Part shown: one piece after another, positions 41,453-52,244 of the stretch | Layout of the letters: each line of letters opens with the position of its first letter | How positions within the stretch are numbered: position 1 is the first letter of the stretch | Source: Thermodesulfovibrionales bacterium | GTDB lineage: Bacteria; Nitrospirota; Thermodesulfovibrionia; Thermodesulfovibrionales; SM23-35 | Direction: 5' to 3' | DNA: 64,000 bases | Assembly (NCBI GenBank): GCA_963715195.1 | Contig: CAVQRT010000002.1 | Coordinates: 64,001 to 128,000, forward strand | The notes under the pieces: generated by a model | Database searches by the model: none | Told to the model about the DNA's origin: nothing | What the model saw: only the letters and a program-made list of their open reading frames with translations | Translations under genes and position numbers: made by a program

Positions 41453-42178
41453 ATGGAAAAAAGACTTCAAAAAATTCTTGCGGAAATCGGGATTGCCTCG
41501 AGGAGGCGGGCAGAGGAATTGATCATTGAGGGCAGGGTGACTGTCAACGGCAAGATTGCAATGCTTGGGGTGAAGGCAGATCCTTACAGGGACCACATAA
41601 AACTCGACGGGAAACTCATCGTCAGGCCCGAACCCAAGGTTTATCTGATGCTCAACAAACCCAGAGGCGTCGTGACCTCTCTCAAAGACCCGGAGGGAAG
41701 ACCGACTGTTAAAGACTGCCTGAAGAATGTAAAATATAGAGTTTTTCCAGTTGGCAGGCTTGATTATGACTCCGAGGGGCTGCTTTTACTAACGAATGAT
41801 GGTGATTTTGCCCAGGCGATACTCCATCCGTCAAAAAAGATCCCGAAGTCATATCTTGTGAAGGTTAAAGGGACACCCGGGGAAGAGGAGATGAAAAAAT
41901 TACGGATTGGGATCAAACTCGAAGATGGAGTAACAGCGCCTGCTAGACTTCAAAAAGTCAGGTCTACAGAAAACAATACCTGGATGGAAATCACAATCCA
42001 TGAGGGCCGGAAGAGGCAGATACGAAGGATGCTGGAGCAGACAGGTCACTCCGTTCTCAAATTGAAAAGGACAAGAATAGACGGTATCGAATTGGGGAAT
42101 CTGAAACCGGGAGAATACAGATATTTAAAACCGGAAGAGATCTCTAAAATCAAAAGAGAAATTATCGGTTCTATTTAG
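41453..42178 (+). CDS. rRNA pseudouridine synthase (RluB/RsuA family)
   Basis: RLQKILA S4 domain, GRLDYDSEGLLLLTNDG, EGRKRQIRRM. Confidence 0.92.
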   Translation: MEKRLQKILAEIGIASRRRAEELIIEGRVTVNGKIAMLGVKADPYRDHIKLDGKLIVRPEPKVYLMLNKPRGVVTSLKDPEGRPTVKDCLKNVKYRVFPVGRLDYDSEGLLLLTNDGDFAQAILHPSKKIPKSYLVKVKGTPGEEEMKKLRIGIKLEDGVTAPARLQKVRSTENNTWMEITIHEGRKRQIRRMLEQTGHSVLKLKRTRIDGIELGNLKPGEYRYLKPEEISKIKREIIGSI

Positions 42179-42218
42179 TATTTAGTGCTTTGGTGTTTGA
42201 ATGTAATGTGGAGGATAC

Positions 42219-44000
42219 ATGGTTCGGGATAAAGGGTGCGGTGAAATAAGGGAATCAGATGTCGGGCAGAACATGTCGCTCTGCGGCTGGGTTTTCAGAC
42301 GGCGGGACCACGGTGGCCTGATTTTTATAGACTTGCGGGACAGAAGCGGCATTCTTCAGGTCGTCTTCAGTCCTGACGTCGCGTCCGACGCACACGAACG
42401 GGCACATACCCTCAGGAGCGAATACGTCATCTCGGTTTCCGGTACCATTCGAAACAGGCCTGTCGGCACCGAGAATCCGAACATGCCGACGGGCAGTGTT
42501 GAGCTGTATGTGAATACCCTTGAACTCATGAATGACTCCTCTGCACTACCGTTCAGTATTGAAGACGCTGCTGAGGCATCTGAAGCACTGAGGCTCAAAC
42601 ACCGGTATCTTGACCTGAGAAGACCTGAACTCCAAAGAAACTTAATACTGCGGCATAGAGTTACAAAGCTCATCAGGGATTACCTGGATGAAAAGGGTTT
42701 CCTTGAAATCGAGACACCAATGCTCACAAAATCTACACCGGAAGGCGCACGCGACTACCTTGTGCCGAGCCGTTTGAACCCCGGACAATTTTATGCACTC
42801 CCTCAATCTCCCCAGATATTTAAACAGATATTGATGGTGGCTGGTCTGGAAAAATATTTTCAGATTGTAAAGTGCTTCAGGGATGAAGATCTCCGAGCAG
42901 ACAGGCAGCCTGAATTCACCCAGATCGACCTCGAAGTGTCTTTTGTCGAGAGCGAGGATGTCATAGCACTTGTTGAAGGAATGATGAAGAACATTTTTGA
43001 AGGTATTCTCAAAGAGAAACTCCCCATACCCTTCGACCGTTTGAGCTTTCATGAATCCATGGAGCGCTTCGGGAATGATAAACCCGACCTGAGATTCGGG
43101 CTGGAACTCAAAGAAATGGCCGATCTTGCCGGAAAAGGAAAATTCAAAGTTTTCCTTGATGCCATCCAGACTGGTGGCAGGGTCAAGGCAATGAACGGTA
43201 AGGGATTGGCGAGTCTCTCCAGGAAAGAAATAGATACTTTGACTGAGGAGGCAATCTCCTTCGGGGCGAAAGGACTTGCATGGATCAGGATAAAGGACGG
43301 TTTTGAGTCACCTATTGTTAAGTTCTTCCCGGCGGACGTTCTCAGGCAGATGGCTGAGAGACTTGAGGCAGAGGAGGGAGATCTCATGCTCTTTGTCGCT
43401 GATACGGAAAAGGTAGTTCATGATGTATTGAGCAGGATGCGCCTGGAACTGGGCAGACGATTAAACCTTATACAGCCGGGCTTCAGGTTCGTCTGGATCA
43501 CGGATTTTCCTCTCCTCGAATGGAATCAGGAAGACGGCCGGTTCGAAGCAATGCACCACCCATTTACTTCACCGGCAAATGACGACATCGAAAAGATGCT
43601 CGCCAGCGACATGAACAGCAGGGACATCCTCGGAACTCTCAAGGCCAAAGCATACGATATTGTCCTGAACGGATATGAGATAGGAGGCGGGAGCATCCGT
43701 ATCCACAGGCGTGATGTTCAGCGAAAGATGTTCGGGGTCCTCGGGATATCCGATGAGGAAGCAAGGATCAAATTTGGGTTTCTCCTGGACGCTCTTGAAT
43801 ACGGTGCACCCCCGCATGGTGGTATTGCGCTCGGTCTTGACAGGCTCATCATGATCATGGTCGGAGCACAATCCATCAGGGATGTCATTGCATTTCCAAA
43901 GACTCAGAAAGCATTCTGCCTGATGAGCGGGACTCCTTCACCGGTGGAACCAGAACAATTGAAGGAGCTGTCAATCAAAGTGGATCTGCCGGAGATTTAG
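42219..44000 (+). CDS. aspS: Aspartate--tRNA ligase
   Basis: [41 protein letters not shown]. Confidence 0.98.
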   Translation: MVRDKGCGEIRESDVGQNMSLCGWVFRRRDHGGLIFIDLRDRSGILQVVFSPDVASDAHERAHTLRSEYVISVSGTIRNRPVGTENPNMPTGSVELYVNTLELMNDSSALPFSIEDAAEASEALRLKHRYLDLRRPELQRNLILRHRVTKLIRDYLDEKGFLEIETPMLTKSTPEGARDYLVPSRLNPGQFYALPQSPQIFKQILMVAGLEKYFQIVKCFRDEDLRADRQPEFTQIDLEVSFVESEDVIALVEGMMKNIFEGILKEKLPIPFDRLSFHESMERFGNDKPDLRFGLELKEMADLAGKGKFKVFLDAIQTGGRVKAMNGKGLASLSRKEIDTLTEEAISFGAKGLAWIRIKDGFESPIVKFFPADVLRQMAERLEAEEGDLMLFVADTEKVVHDVLSRMRLELGRRLNLIQPGFRFVWITDFPLLEWNQEDGRFEAMHHPFTSPANDDIEKMLASDMNSRDILGTLKAKAYDIVLNGYEIGGGSIRIHRRDVQRKMFGVLGISDEEARIKFGFLLDALEYGAPPHGGIALGLDRLIMIMVGAQSIRDVIAFPKTQKAFCLMSGTPSPVEPEQLKELSIKVDLPEI

Positions 44001-44010
44001 GTTCCTTGCC

Positions 44011-45522
44011 TTATCTCTCTTCTATTGCGTTTAATGCTTCTTCTGCAGCTGCCCGCACCGTAGAATCCTTGTCATTGAGTGCATCTCGCAGAGGTTCGAT
44101 GGCCCGTGGATCTTTTATCTTGCCGAGTGAGGCCGCGGCTTCAAACCGCACAAGCCACATCGGGTCTCTCAGGGCTTCTACGAGGGGCACAACAGCCCGC
44201 GAATCCTTTAACTCTCCGAGTATGGAGGCTGCAGTAGACCTGATATGCAAGTCATCTTCTTTCAGGGCAAAAATTAACTTCTCGATCACGGAGGAACCCA
44301 TTCTTTTGAGTGCCCTGGCAGCACTTTCACGGACATTCGCATTTTTATCTCTGATGGCATCGAACAAGGGTTCAGCTGCAAGAGGATCCCGAATGTTCCC
44401 CAACGCAGTGGCTGCCTCCGAACGCACCGCCCAGGATTCATCCTTGAGAGCGTCAATGAGTGGCACCACGGCTCTGGCATCTTTTATTTCGCCGAGCACT
44501 GATGCCGTTTTCACCCTGACAGCCGTTCGATGATCTTTCAGAGGAGCCGAGAGTAATGGTTGGACTGCAGGCGCCCCAATCGCGGTTAATGCACGGGCAG
44601 CGCTGTCCCGGACACCCGAATCATCATCGTGGAGCGCATCAATAAGGGGCGCTACCGCCCGGATATCCCTCAGCTGTCCCAGGGCTTCAGCAGCGTTCTG
44701 CCGAACGGTCCTGTCTTCGTCCTTGAGGGACCCGATAAGGGGTTCAACAATCCGGGGATCCTTTGTTTCCTGCAATGCCTGAATAGCCATTTGCCTGACA
44801 ATGCATTCCTCATTTCTGGAAGCTTTCAACAGTGCTTCCACTGCATGATCGTCCCTCATTTTATCGATGATCTTTTGTAAGGCTTCCTGGGCTGACTGTT
44901 TCACCTTAAGCTTCTTGTCCCGCAAAAGAGCACAGAGAGGCTCTAATGCGCGGGAATCTCTCAAATCGCCCAGAGCCTCAACAGCACTGGTGCGGAGAGA
45001 AGCGTCTTCAACCTGGAGAGCTGCAATGATAGGCTCTACAGCACGTATGTCTTTTATTTTCCCCAATGCTTCTATCGCATTCTTTTGCATGCTTAAGTCC
45101 TTGTCCTGTAGGACTACAATCAGTGGTTCCACTGCAGGACGCCCTATCTTCACCAGTGCTGCCAATGCTTCCCTGTCAGGTGAGGTTGATCCGGCTATCT
45201 TGCCTTCACGATAAAGCAGAACGGGATGCGTATCGTGAAAAAGGCTGATCAGGAATGGAACAGCAGGGATAGCAGCTTCTCCCATGTCACCCAGTGTATT
45301 TGCTGCCGAACTCCGCTCTTCAGGGCTCCGGGAGTAAAGCGATTCGATAAGGGTTTTGACCTGAGGTGATGTATGCGGCGGGATAGTGTCTTTTGAAATT
45401 TTCGGCTGGGCATAAGAAGATACCTGCAACAATAGGATAAATGCCGGGAGACAGATTAAAAATCGGATGATGCCTGACTTGCTTCCGCATGTTCTCACTG
45501 GTACGGTTCTTTCAAGCGACAT
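44011..45522 (-). CDS. HEAT/PBS-lyase-like repeat protein with an N-terminal hydrophobic segment
   Basis: Many VRxxAAxALGxIxDxRAVxPLIxALxD repeats. Confidence 0.88.
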   Translation of the reverse strand: MSLERTVPVRTCGSKSGIIRFLICLPAFILLLQVSSYAQPKISKDTIPPHTSPQVKTLIESLYSRSPEERSSAANTLGDMGEAAIPAVPFLISLFHDTHPVLLYREGKIAGSTSPDREALAALVKIGRPAVEPLIVVLQDKDLSMQKNAIEALGKIKDIRAVEPIIAALQVEDASLRTSAVEALGDLRDSRALEPLCALLRDKKLKVKQSAQEALQKIIDKMRDDHAVEALLKASRNEECIVRQMAIQALQETKDPRIVEPLIGSLKDEDRTVRQNAAEALGQLRDIRAVAPLIDALHDDDSGVRDSAARALTAIGAPAVQPLLSAPLKDHRTAVRVKTASVLGEIKDARAVVPLIDALKDESWAVRSEAATALGNIRDPLAAEPLFDAIRDKNANVRESAARALKRMGSSVIEKLIFALKEDDLHIRSTAASILGELKDSRAVVPLVEALRDPMWLVRFEAAASLGKIKDPRAIEPLRDALNDKDSTVRAAAEEALNAIEER

Positions 45523-45533
45523 ATGTAACTCAC

Positions 45534-46757
45534 CTAAAATTGCTTGATATGACGGATGTATGAAGCATAATTCCTTTGTATTTCCTCCATGCTGTCGCCA
45601 CCGAATTTGTCAAGGAACACATCGGCTATTGTTAAGGCAACCATTGCCTCTCCGATGACGCCTGCTGCCGGTACAGCACATATATCGGACCGTTCATACA
45701 CTGCTTTTACTGGCTTTCTGGTTGTGATGTCAACAGAGCGGAGCGGCCTTCTCAATGTCGGGATCGGCTTCATGCCTGCCCTCAGAAGAATCGGCATGCC
45801 GTCAGTCATCCCTCCCTCAGTCCCTCCGGCATTGTTTGTTTTCCGATAGAAACCGGAACGATCGGAATAGAATATTTCATCCATGACCTCTGATCCTGAT
45901 CGCTTGCTCATCTCAAACCCAAGCCCTACCTCAACGCCTTTAATCGCCTGAATGCTCATCAATGCATGGGCAAGCCGACCGTCAAGCCGTTTGTCCCATT
46001 GAATATGGCTGCCCAGTCCAACGGGGGCACCGGTTACAAAAACCGCAAAGACACCGCCAACAGAATCCCCGGATTTTGCAGCCCTGTCAATCAGCTTCAT
46101 CATCCTGCCAGTGGTCTCTGCGTCCGGGCACCTGACAGGTGACTTCTCAGCTTTCTTGTATAAGGATTCAAGGGTTCGAGGGTTCGAGGGTTCAAGCAGG
46201 TGAGAACTATCAACTGATCCCTTAATCCCTTGACCCCTTGACTCCTGCATTCTGATATCCCCTATTTGTATGACAAAGCTGCCGATTACGATATGAAATG
46301 TTTGCAGGAATTTTTTTGCTACAGCACCGAGCGCAACCCTCATGGCAGTCTCACGCGCACTTGAACGTTCGAGGACATTTCTCATGTCGTCATGCCCGTA
46401 CTTCATAGCACCGGTCAGGTCCGCGTGGCCGGGCCTGGGTCTTGTTACTGCCGGAATCGACCCCTCATCCTCCGCGTATGAAGACATACCCCTGATCCAG
46501 TTCTGATAATCTTTATTTTCAATAAGGAGAGTAATCGGTGATCCGATGGTCTTTCCCCACCTCACACCCGAAAGGATTTCCGCATGATCAGATTCGATCT
46601 TCATCCTCCCTCCACGGCCATAGCCCTTCTGTCTTCTTTCCAGATCCTTGTCGACATCTCTCTCAGAAAGGGAAAGTCCGGAAGGAATCCCCTCGAGAAT
46701 ACCGATGAGGGCCTTGCCGTGTGATTCACCTGCTGTCAGGTACCTGAGATTCGCCAT
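45534..46757 (-). CDS. aroC: Chorismate synthase, with an in-frame repeat insert
   Basis: TAGESHG, RPGHAD, ERSSARET, MKPIPT, ERSDIC. Confidence 0.97.
   Translation of the reverse strand: MANLRYLTAGESHGKALIGILEGIPSGLSLSERDVDKDLERRQKGYGRGGRMKIESDHAEILSGVRWGKTIGSPITLLIENKDYQNWIRGMSSYAEDEGSIPAVTRPRPGHADLTGAMKYGHDDMRNVLERSSARETAMRVALGAVAKKFLQTFHIVIGSFVIQIGDIRMQESRGQGIKGSVDSSHLLEPSNPRTLESLYKKAEKSPVRCPDAETTGRMMKLIDRAAKSGDSVGGVFAVFVTGAPVGLGSHIQWDKRLDGRLAHALMSIQAIKGVEVGLGFEMSKRSGSEVMDEIFYSDRSGFYRKTNNAGGTEGGMTDGMPILLRAGMKPIPTLRRPLRSVDITTRKPVKAVYERSDICAVPAAGVIGEAMVALTIADVFLDKFGGDSMEEIQRNYASYIRHIKQF
46162..46247. repeat. Inverted octamer arrays inside aroC
   Basis: AGGATTCA AGGGTTCG AGGGTTCG AGGGTTCA ... 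CCCTTAAT CCCTTGAC CCCTTGAC. Confidence 0.75.
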
Positions 46758-46867
46758 AGTTCATAAAAGTATATCACAGTTCCTGTCAAACGTATTTCCG
46801 GCAGAGGACCCAAGCCGGAATTGACAAATTTCCCGCAGAGGACATATCATCAGCGTGACGAGAATCG

Positions 46868-47395
46868 ATGAATAGCAAAATCATTATCGGGTATCTTTCC
46901 GTTCTGGGTCTCTCATTCTTCCTGTACGCAGTGAAGCCAGGTGCTTCTTATTTCAGTCTTTTACCGCTGCTCATGATCATATTCCCGTTCATTGTTGGAC
47001 ACAGGGTCAAACTGACTTTTTCGCTGCAGGATTTTTCCATGGGATTCGGTGCGGCGCTTATGGTTCTCCTGCCATATTATCTCATCTTCGGAGGAACCGG
47101 CAAAACAATCACATCGTATACCTTAATTTTTCAGATCCTGAGCGTGGCTTTCCCCGAGGAATTTTTCTTCAGGGGGTTCTTGCAGGATCTGATAGGGAAA
47201 AACCTGAGAGCGGTGTTTGTGGCGAGCATGCTCTTTTCCCTTGCCCATCTTCCGAAGGCACTATTTACCGGAGAGTGGATTTTGCTTCTCAGCTTTTTCC
47301 CTTCGCTGATTATGGGATGGCTCTATATGAAAACGGATAACATCCTTCCTTGTGTACTATTCCATTTTTTGGCGAATCTGGTGTATCAATATTAG
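46868..47395 (+). CDS. CPBP (CAAX/Abi) family glutamic intramembrane protease, probable sorting enzyme
   Basis: PEEFFFRG, FSLAH, HFLAN motifs; multiple TM helices. Confidence 0.88.
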   Translation: MNSKIIIGYLSVLGLSFFLYAVKPGASYFSLLPLLMIIFPFIVGHRVKLTFSLQDFSMGFGAALMVLLPYYLIFGGTGKTITSYTLIFQILSVAFPEEFFFRGFLQDLIGKNLRAVFVASMLFSLAHLPKALFTGEWILLLSFFPSLIMGWLYMKTDNILPCVLFHFLANLVYQY

Positions 47396-47406
47396 GGGTC
47401 GAGGTT

Positions 47407-49808
47407 TCAAGAATCCAAGTTCTTGAATTTTTTATTTGATCGAATAATGCATTTAAAAGGTGCGGATGTTGTGAGAAAAATTGTTTTTCGAACAATGTCT
47501 GCACTTTTGGGATTAAATTCTTTTACATGACTCTTCGAACCCTTGGCCCCTCGAATCCTTTTTCTTGCCATTATCCAGACCACGAATGCAGGGAGGAAGA
47601 GTATTGTTAAATCCGCCGCTGCCGTTTGATTATTCGAAGTATTTCCCACTGAACACCCTCCGCCACCGCCTCCATCAGATTTTGCTCCGTTTTGTACCGT
47701 TACCGACACCTCAGTCGAATATGAAGAATAAGCTTGATCGATAAAGCCCCTTACCCTGTATGTGAAGGTTCCGGTTTGAAGACCGCTGTCGGTATATGTG
47801 GTAACACCTGAGGAAACCAATGCTATTTCCCTGAACTGATCTCCTGATCTTTGTCTTTCTATGGCAAAGCCCTCCTCAGCATTTGATGTATCCGCCCACG
47901 TTAGCAAAACCCTGCCGCCTGTCAGCGTCGTGCCGGTCAATTCAGACGGGGACAGCAAGGACGTGACTGCTTTATAAGCATTGAGCCTCCCGCCTGACAA
48001 TATTTTCCCCTGCAGTGACTGCCTGACATCAACAGAATGCAAGATCACACTCTTCAGGTGCTGAGCGCTAAAATTTCCATAATACGAAGCAACAAGGGCA
48101 GCAACACCTGAAACTACGGCCGTTGACATCGAAGTTCCATTAAACAGCGCGTAAGCATCACGATAATCAATTGAAAAGGCCGTCGCACTTCCAACGGGCA
48201 AAACAGCATCAACAAAAAACTGGTTTCCAGCGCCATCGCCGTGTCGTCAGGGAAATATCTACCAAGAGTCCATTAAAGATATCGGCACCTGTGAGGATTC
48301 TCCCGTTTGCATTATCGGAAACATACCGTGCATGGAGGTAGGTTTCGTAGAAATCGCTCCGACCGATGTCATACCCGATTTCCTGTCCAGTGATCAGGAG
48401 GGCACCACCCGAATCAAGATAGGATACGGAGATTTTCCTGATCGGCTGCAGTTAACGTATTCCTGAATTCATTACCGGTAAACCAAATAACAAGACTGTA
48501 CTGTTTGAGGATATCTGCTCCCGGGCCATCACCGTTCAAGGGGATTTGATAAGAATCTGACGAATAACCGAGGGCCCGGACAGACTCTGTATAGTACGTT
48601 TCATACGAACTGCCGCCATCGTCATCAACGATCAGGATACTCCCTCCATCGGGAATTCCGGCGAAGCTTGCTGCCCGCTGCAAAACTTCTTTGCGTGACA
48701 AAGCGCCATTGATGCCTTCAAACCCAAACGAAAGATAAATCACTTTATACAATCCGCTGTAGGTTACGCCGGTTACGAAAGACGGGATTGCACTGATTAT
48801 GTTTGTGCCCGGTGCTGCGATATCGACAGAAACAAGCCCGTAGTTCGAAAAATTCGCCAGATTATCGTTCTGATCTGTGGCAGCAACCGAGATAATATTG
48901 GAAAGATTAAAGCTTGCAGGATACAGAGGGGTTACATCACTGTTCCCTCCTATTGCGGATCTACCATCATTACCTGCAGCAGCAATGAAGAGGATGTCGG
49001 GGAAAGCCTTTATCGAGTTGTACAGGGCCTGTGAATAGTCAGACCCACTGAAACTCATGTTGATAATTTTTACATTATGATCGGCAGCAAATGCTATTGC
49101 CTCAATAACATCCGCAATCGTGCCCTCTCCGTTTTCGTCGAGTGCCCTTAAAGGCATTATCCGGGAATTCCATGCAGTCCCCGTGATTCCCCGTGCATTA
49201 TTGCTGACAGCACCGATAATGCCTGCTACATGAGTGCCATGCCCATTGAGGTCGTCAGGTTCATAATCATCATCAACGAAGTCATACCCCGTTAATAGAT
49301 TCCCTGCGAGATCAGGGTGGTCTTTATCAACACCGGAATCTATTACGCCAACTATGACAGCCGAAGTCCCTTTTGTTATATCCCACGCTTCGTCTGCATC
49401 AATGTCGGCATCAGACGTGCCAACGAAACCGCTCACAATCTGGCCGGTATTCAGCAAATACCATTGTTCGGTGAACCTGGCATCATCAGGAATTACGGCA
49501 GCCCACACCAAATAATTGGGCTCGGCATATTCTACGTCCGGACTTTCGCTGTAAAGCCTGACAGCTTCTTCGACGGAGAGATCGGCCGGTAGTTTGACCC
49601 TCTCAACCCCTTCGGTCTTAACTCGCTTCATTACATGTGCGCCGAGCATACGATGGGCTGAGCATTTTTGCATATCATGTACGCTCGGCTTGAATTTGAC
49701 AAGTATCTCACCTTCTTTATAGACAAGGCCGGTATTCCCTTTTCCGACCTCCCCCCCGCATGAAAAGATGCCCAATATAGCAATCATGAGAAAGATGTGT
49801 TTTACCAT
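47407..49808 (-). CDS. Lipoprotein S8 subtilase with inserted domain, FN3 domain and Gly-rich/Cys C-terminal sorting signal; frameshifts near 48430 and 48245
   Basis: GIFSC lipobox, prodomain, VIDSG/HGTHVAG/GTSMS triad, GGGGGGCSVG...TM...RKR. Confidence 0.85.
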
Positions 49809-49813
49809 ATTGC

Positions 49814-50593
49814 TCAGAATACAATCGGCCCTTTCACCGGGATTACATAATATCCGGGTGATACCTGATATCTTTCAACCTGCGAAATAAAAAGAGGATT
49901 TTCGAGCAATAATTTTTCAGGCATTACTTCCACCCTGAGATCCATGAGATTGCCTCTGATAACTCCTTTTAGTCTTGCGAAAATATCCTTGCCCTCCAGA
50001 TAGATGGATGCGATATCAATAGTATTCCCGTCAACATCCACAGCCCCTTTTACTGTGTGAAAAAAATTCAGAGGTACCAGGACACTTCCATGAACCGTGG
50101 GCTCAAATGCAGCGTCACCCACAAAAAAATCCACGTGCCATCTTTGATCGGTCAGGATAATGTTTCCCGAAACAGTCCCCTCCCCGCGTATGCCGGTCAT
50201 TGTGAGAAATTGCACATCCCTTAAACGGGCCTGCCTGAAATCCATATTCATCGTACTACTTTTTTTTGAAAGGCTGGCATCTCCGGAAAAACTGCCTTCA
50301 CCGAGTCTGCCATGGACAGACAGATCAATCCGTAAAGCGATAAGATTCAACGGATTTATCTTGGCATGGACAGCGTGTAACGAAATCAATTCTGTCCCCA
50401 TGCTTGTCAGAGCAATTCTGTCAGCATACAGACGATAAAATAAGCCCTTTCTCAGACCTTCAACCGTCATCGCAACGTTCTGATTACGGACAGAATCTTC
50501 AATGATTGTTTCCATCGCCGAAACAGGGAATGCCGTCCAAATACCCCAGACAACGGTTACGACGGCAACAAGTGCAAAAAAAAATTTTTTCAA
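49814..50593 (-). CDS. gspN: Type II secretion system protein N
   Basis: N-terminal TM ending WTAFP, beta-rich body, position after gspM. Confidence 0.7.
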   Translation of the reverse strand: MKKFFFALVAVVTVVWGIWTAFPVSAMETIIEDSVRNQNVAMTVEGLRKGLFYRLYADRIALTSMGTELISLHAVHAKINPLNLIALRIDLSVHGRLGEGSFSGDASLSKKSSTMNMDFRQARLRDVQFLTMTGIRGEGTVSGNIILTDQRWHVDFFVGDAAFEPTVHGSVLVPLNFFHTVKGAVDVDGNTIDIASIYLEGKDIFARLKGVIRGNLMDLRVEVMPEKLLLENPLFISQVERYQVSPGYYVIPVKGPIVF

Positions 50594-50676
50594 TGAAGAT
50601 ACCTTACCTTATTTTTGTATAAAGCAGGTCAAGAACTTTGATTCATTCGTTTTAATGTTGAAAGGCACATTGCACT

Positions 50677-51183
50677 TTACTTCGTTTTTAAAAACGAAAG
50701 CATAAGGGTAATGTTCAGGAGTTCCGGATTCTCAAACGACTGCTTAACCGTCACCTTCCTTACGGTAAGAATCATTGGCGCATGCTCGATACGGTAGAAG
50801 ATGTTCACCATTTCATTCATGGTAACTTTTTCAACCGAGACATCCGCTTCTTCTTCAATCCCGTCCTTAGTTTCCTTCTTTCCGATGCTCTTTACTGCCT
50901 TAATGTTATCCCTGAGGCCGACGGATGAAAAAACCTCGTCAATAGCCTGCAGAACTCCCTGCACATTCGCCAGATGTTTCTTATTTTCGACTGTCTGTAT
51001 TTTCTGCTGCAGGGACAAAAACTCTTGCCTGAGTGATGACATCTCTTTGTGTTTTTCCCGCAGGTGATGCAATTCCTTCGTTTGGGAGGAAAGTATTTTT
51101 AGGCCAAGGGCTGCGATAATCACAAAGGGTATCAGGACAGATACGAGATAGATAACCCGCCTGTCCTTAAAAAGATTTTTCAC
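50677..51183 (-). CDS. gspM: Type II secretion system protein M
   Basis: Single TM, coiled coil, ferredoxin-like C-terminus, position after gspL. Confidence 0.7.
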   Translation of the reverse strand: MKNLFKDRRVIYLVSVLIPFVIIAALGLKILSSQTKELHHLREKHKEMSSLRQEFLSLQQKIQTVENKKHLANVQGVLQAIDEVFSSVGLRDNIKAVKSIGKKETKDGIEEEADVSVEKVTMNEMVNIFYRIEHAPMILTVRKVTVKQSFENPELLNITLMLSFLKTK

Positions 51184-52244
51184 ATCTCCCTCTCTTTCGC
51201 AGTAATGGTAAAAAGCGTTCTCCCCTGCACAGAAACCTTTGAATCTGAAATCGATACATCCTGAAAATGTTTTTTTAGCTTCCCCTGCAGCTGCTGCACG
51301 GCGCTTAAGGAGCCTGCTTCTCCTCGAAAAGTAAGCTTTTCATTTTCAATGGTCACCTCATGAAATCTGCCATCTTCTCTTTCAATCTGAGCAAGTTCCG
51401 AAAGCACATTCAGGGGCTTGATACCGATAAAAACTCCTTCCCTACTCTTGAGTTCCTTGAAGTGAGATTTCAACTGGTGGAGTTCGTTCATAATGTTTTT
51501 CTCTTCGGGAAAGAGCTCAAGATAGGATTTCCGTATCTCGTTTCTTAATAGTATTATTTCCTGTTTTGAAGTCACTATCCTGAATAAGATATTCGCAGCC
51601 AGGACAAGGATAATCATGGCAACCAACACGGCTGTCATCTTCAGGGATTTCCTTGTTGTTTCGGCATCACGGGTATATGCAAATTCATTCCGCCGCAAAT
51701 TGATCGTCGGATTCCTGATCTCTTCAATGGCAAGGGCTATCCTTTCTTCGTTGGGTATGGATACAGGAGGTACAAGGTTTGACAACGCAAACCCCTTCAG
51801 GGCATTTTTCAGTTCAAGAGAAGTTATGCAGGCAGGGTCGATCCCGACTAAGTTCAGTTTCTCAAGGATTGCCCTGAGACGATGCTTTTCTATGTATACC
51901 GCGAGGACCTGATATGCGTTATCCGTTCTACCGACGATGACTGCATCGAAAATCACTGCTTCTGAACCACCCAGAACCATCCCGTCGAGCTCAAAAGGGA
52001 GAACCTCACGTATCCGTTCTTTATCAGAAAATGGCAGATCAAGAACCCTGAAATTAAGGCTGGTGACAGGCAGACCGACGTATGTCGTTTTCATGTTTTC
52101 AGATGCTGCATCAGCAGGCAAGTCATAGGCATGAGTTAAAGGGAATTCCTTCTGCTCCTTTATTGCAAACCTGTTTCCCTTCATTTCAAAGATGTATCTG
52201 CACAATTCCTTATCTTTGATATCAAAAAAACAGATTTCGCTCAT
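51180..52244 (-). CDS. gspL: Type II secretion system protein L
   Basis: RVLDLPF..VLPFELD, INLRRNEF, TM, PilN-like C-terminus. Confidence 0.8.
   Translation of the reverse strand: MSEICFFDIKDKELCRYIFEMKGNRFAIKEQKEFPLTHAYDLPADAASENMKTTYVGLPVTSLNFRVLDLPFSDKERIREVLPFELDGMVLGGSEAVIFDAVIVGRTDNAYQVLAVYIEKHRLRAILEKLNLVGIDPACITSLELKNALKGFALSNLVPPVSIPNEERIALAIEEIRNPTINLRRNEFAYTRDAETTRKSLKMTAVLVAMIILVLAANILFRIVTSKQEIILLRNEIRKSYLELFPEEKNIMNELHQLKSHFKELKSREGVFIGIKPLNVLSELAQIEREDGRFHEVTIENEKLTFRGEAGSLSAVQQLQGKLKKHFQDVSISDSKVSVQGRTLFTITAKEREM

Noticed and set aside
44011..45522. Periodic DNA similarity suggesting a CRISPR or tandem array
   Set aside because: It is explained by HEAT protein repeats; I saw no constant repeat with unique spacers anywhere in the window.
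47407..47560. Extended C-terminal tail of the subtilase as a functional domain
   Set aside because: It is read-through across octamer repeats and a MITE remnant after the basic end of the sorting signal.
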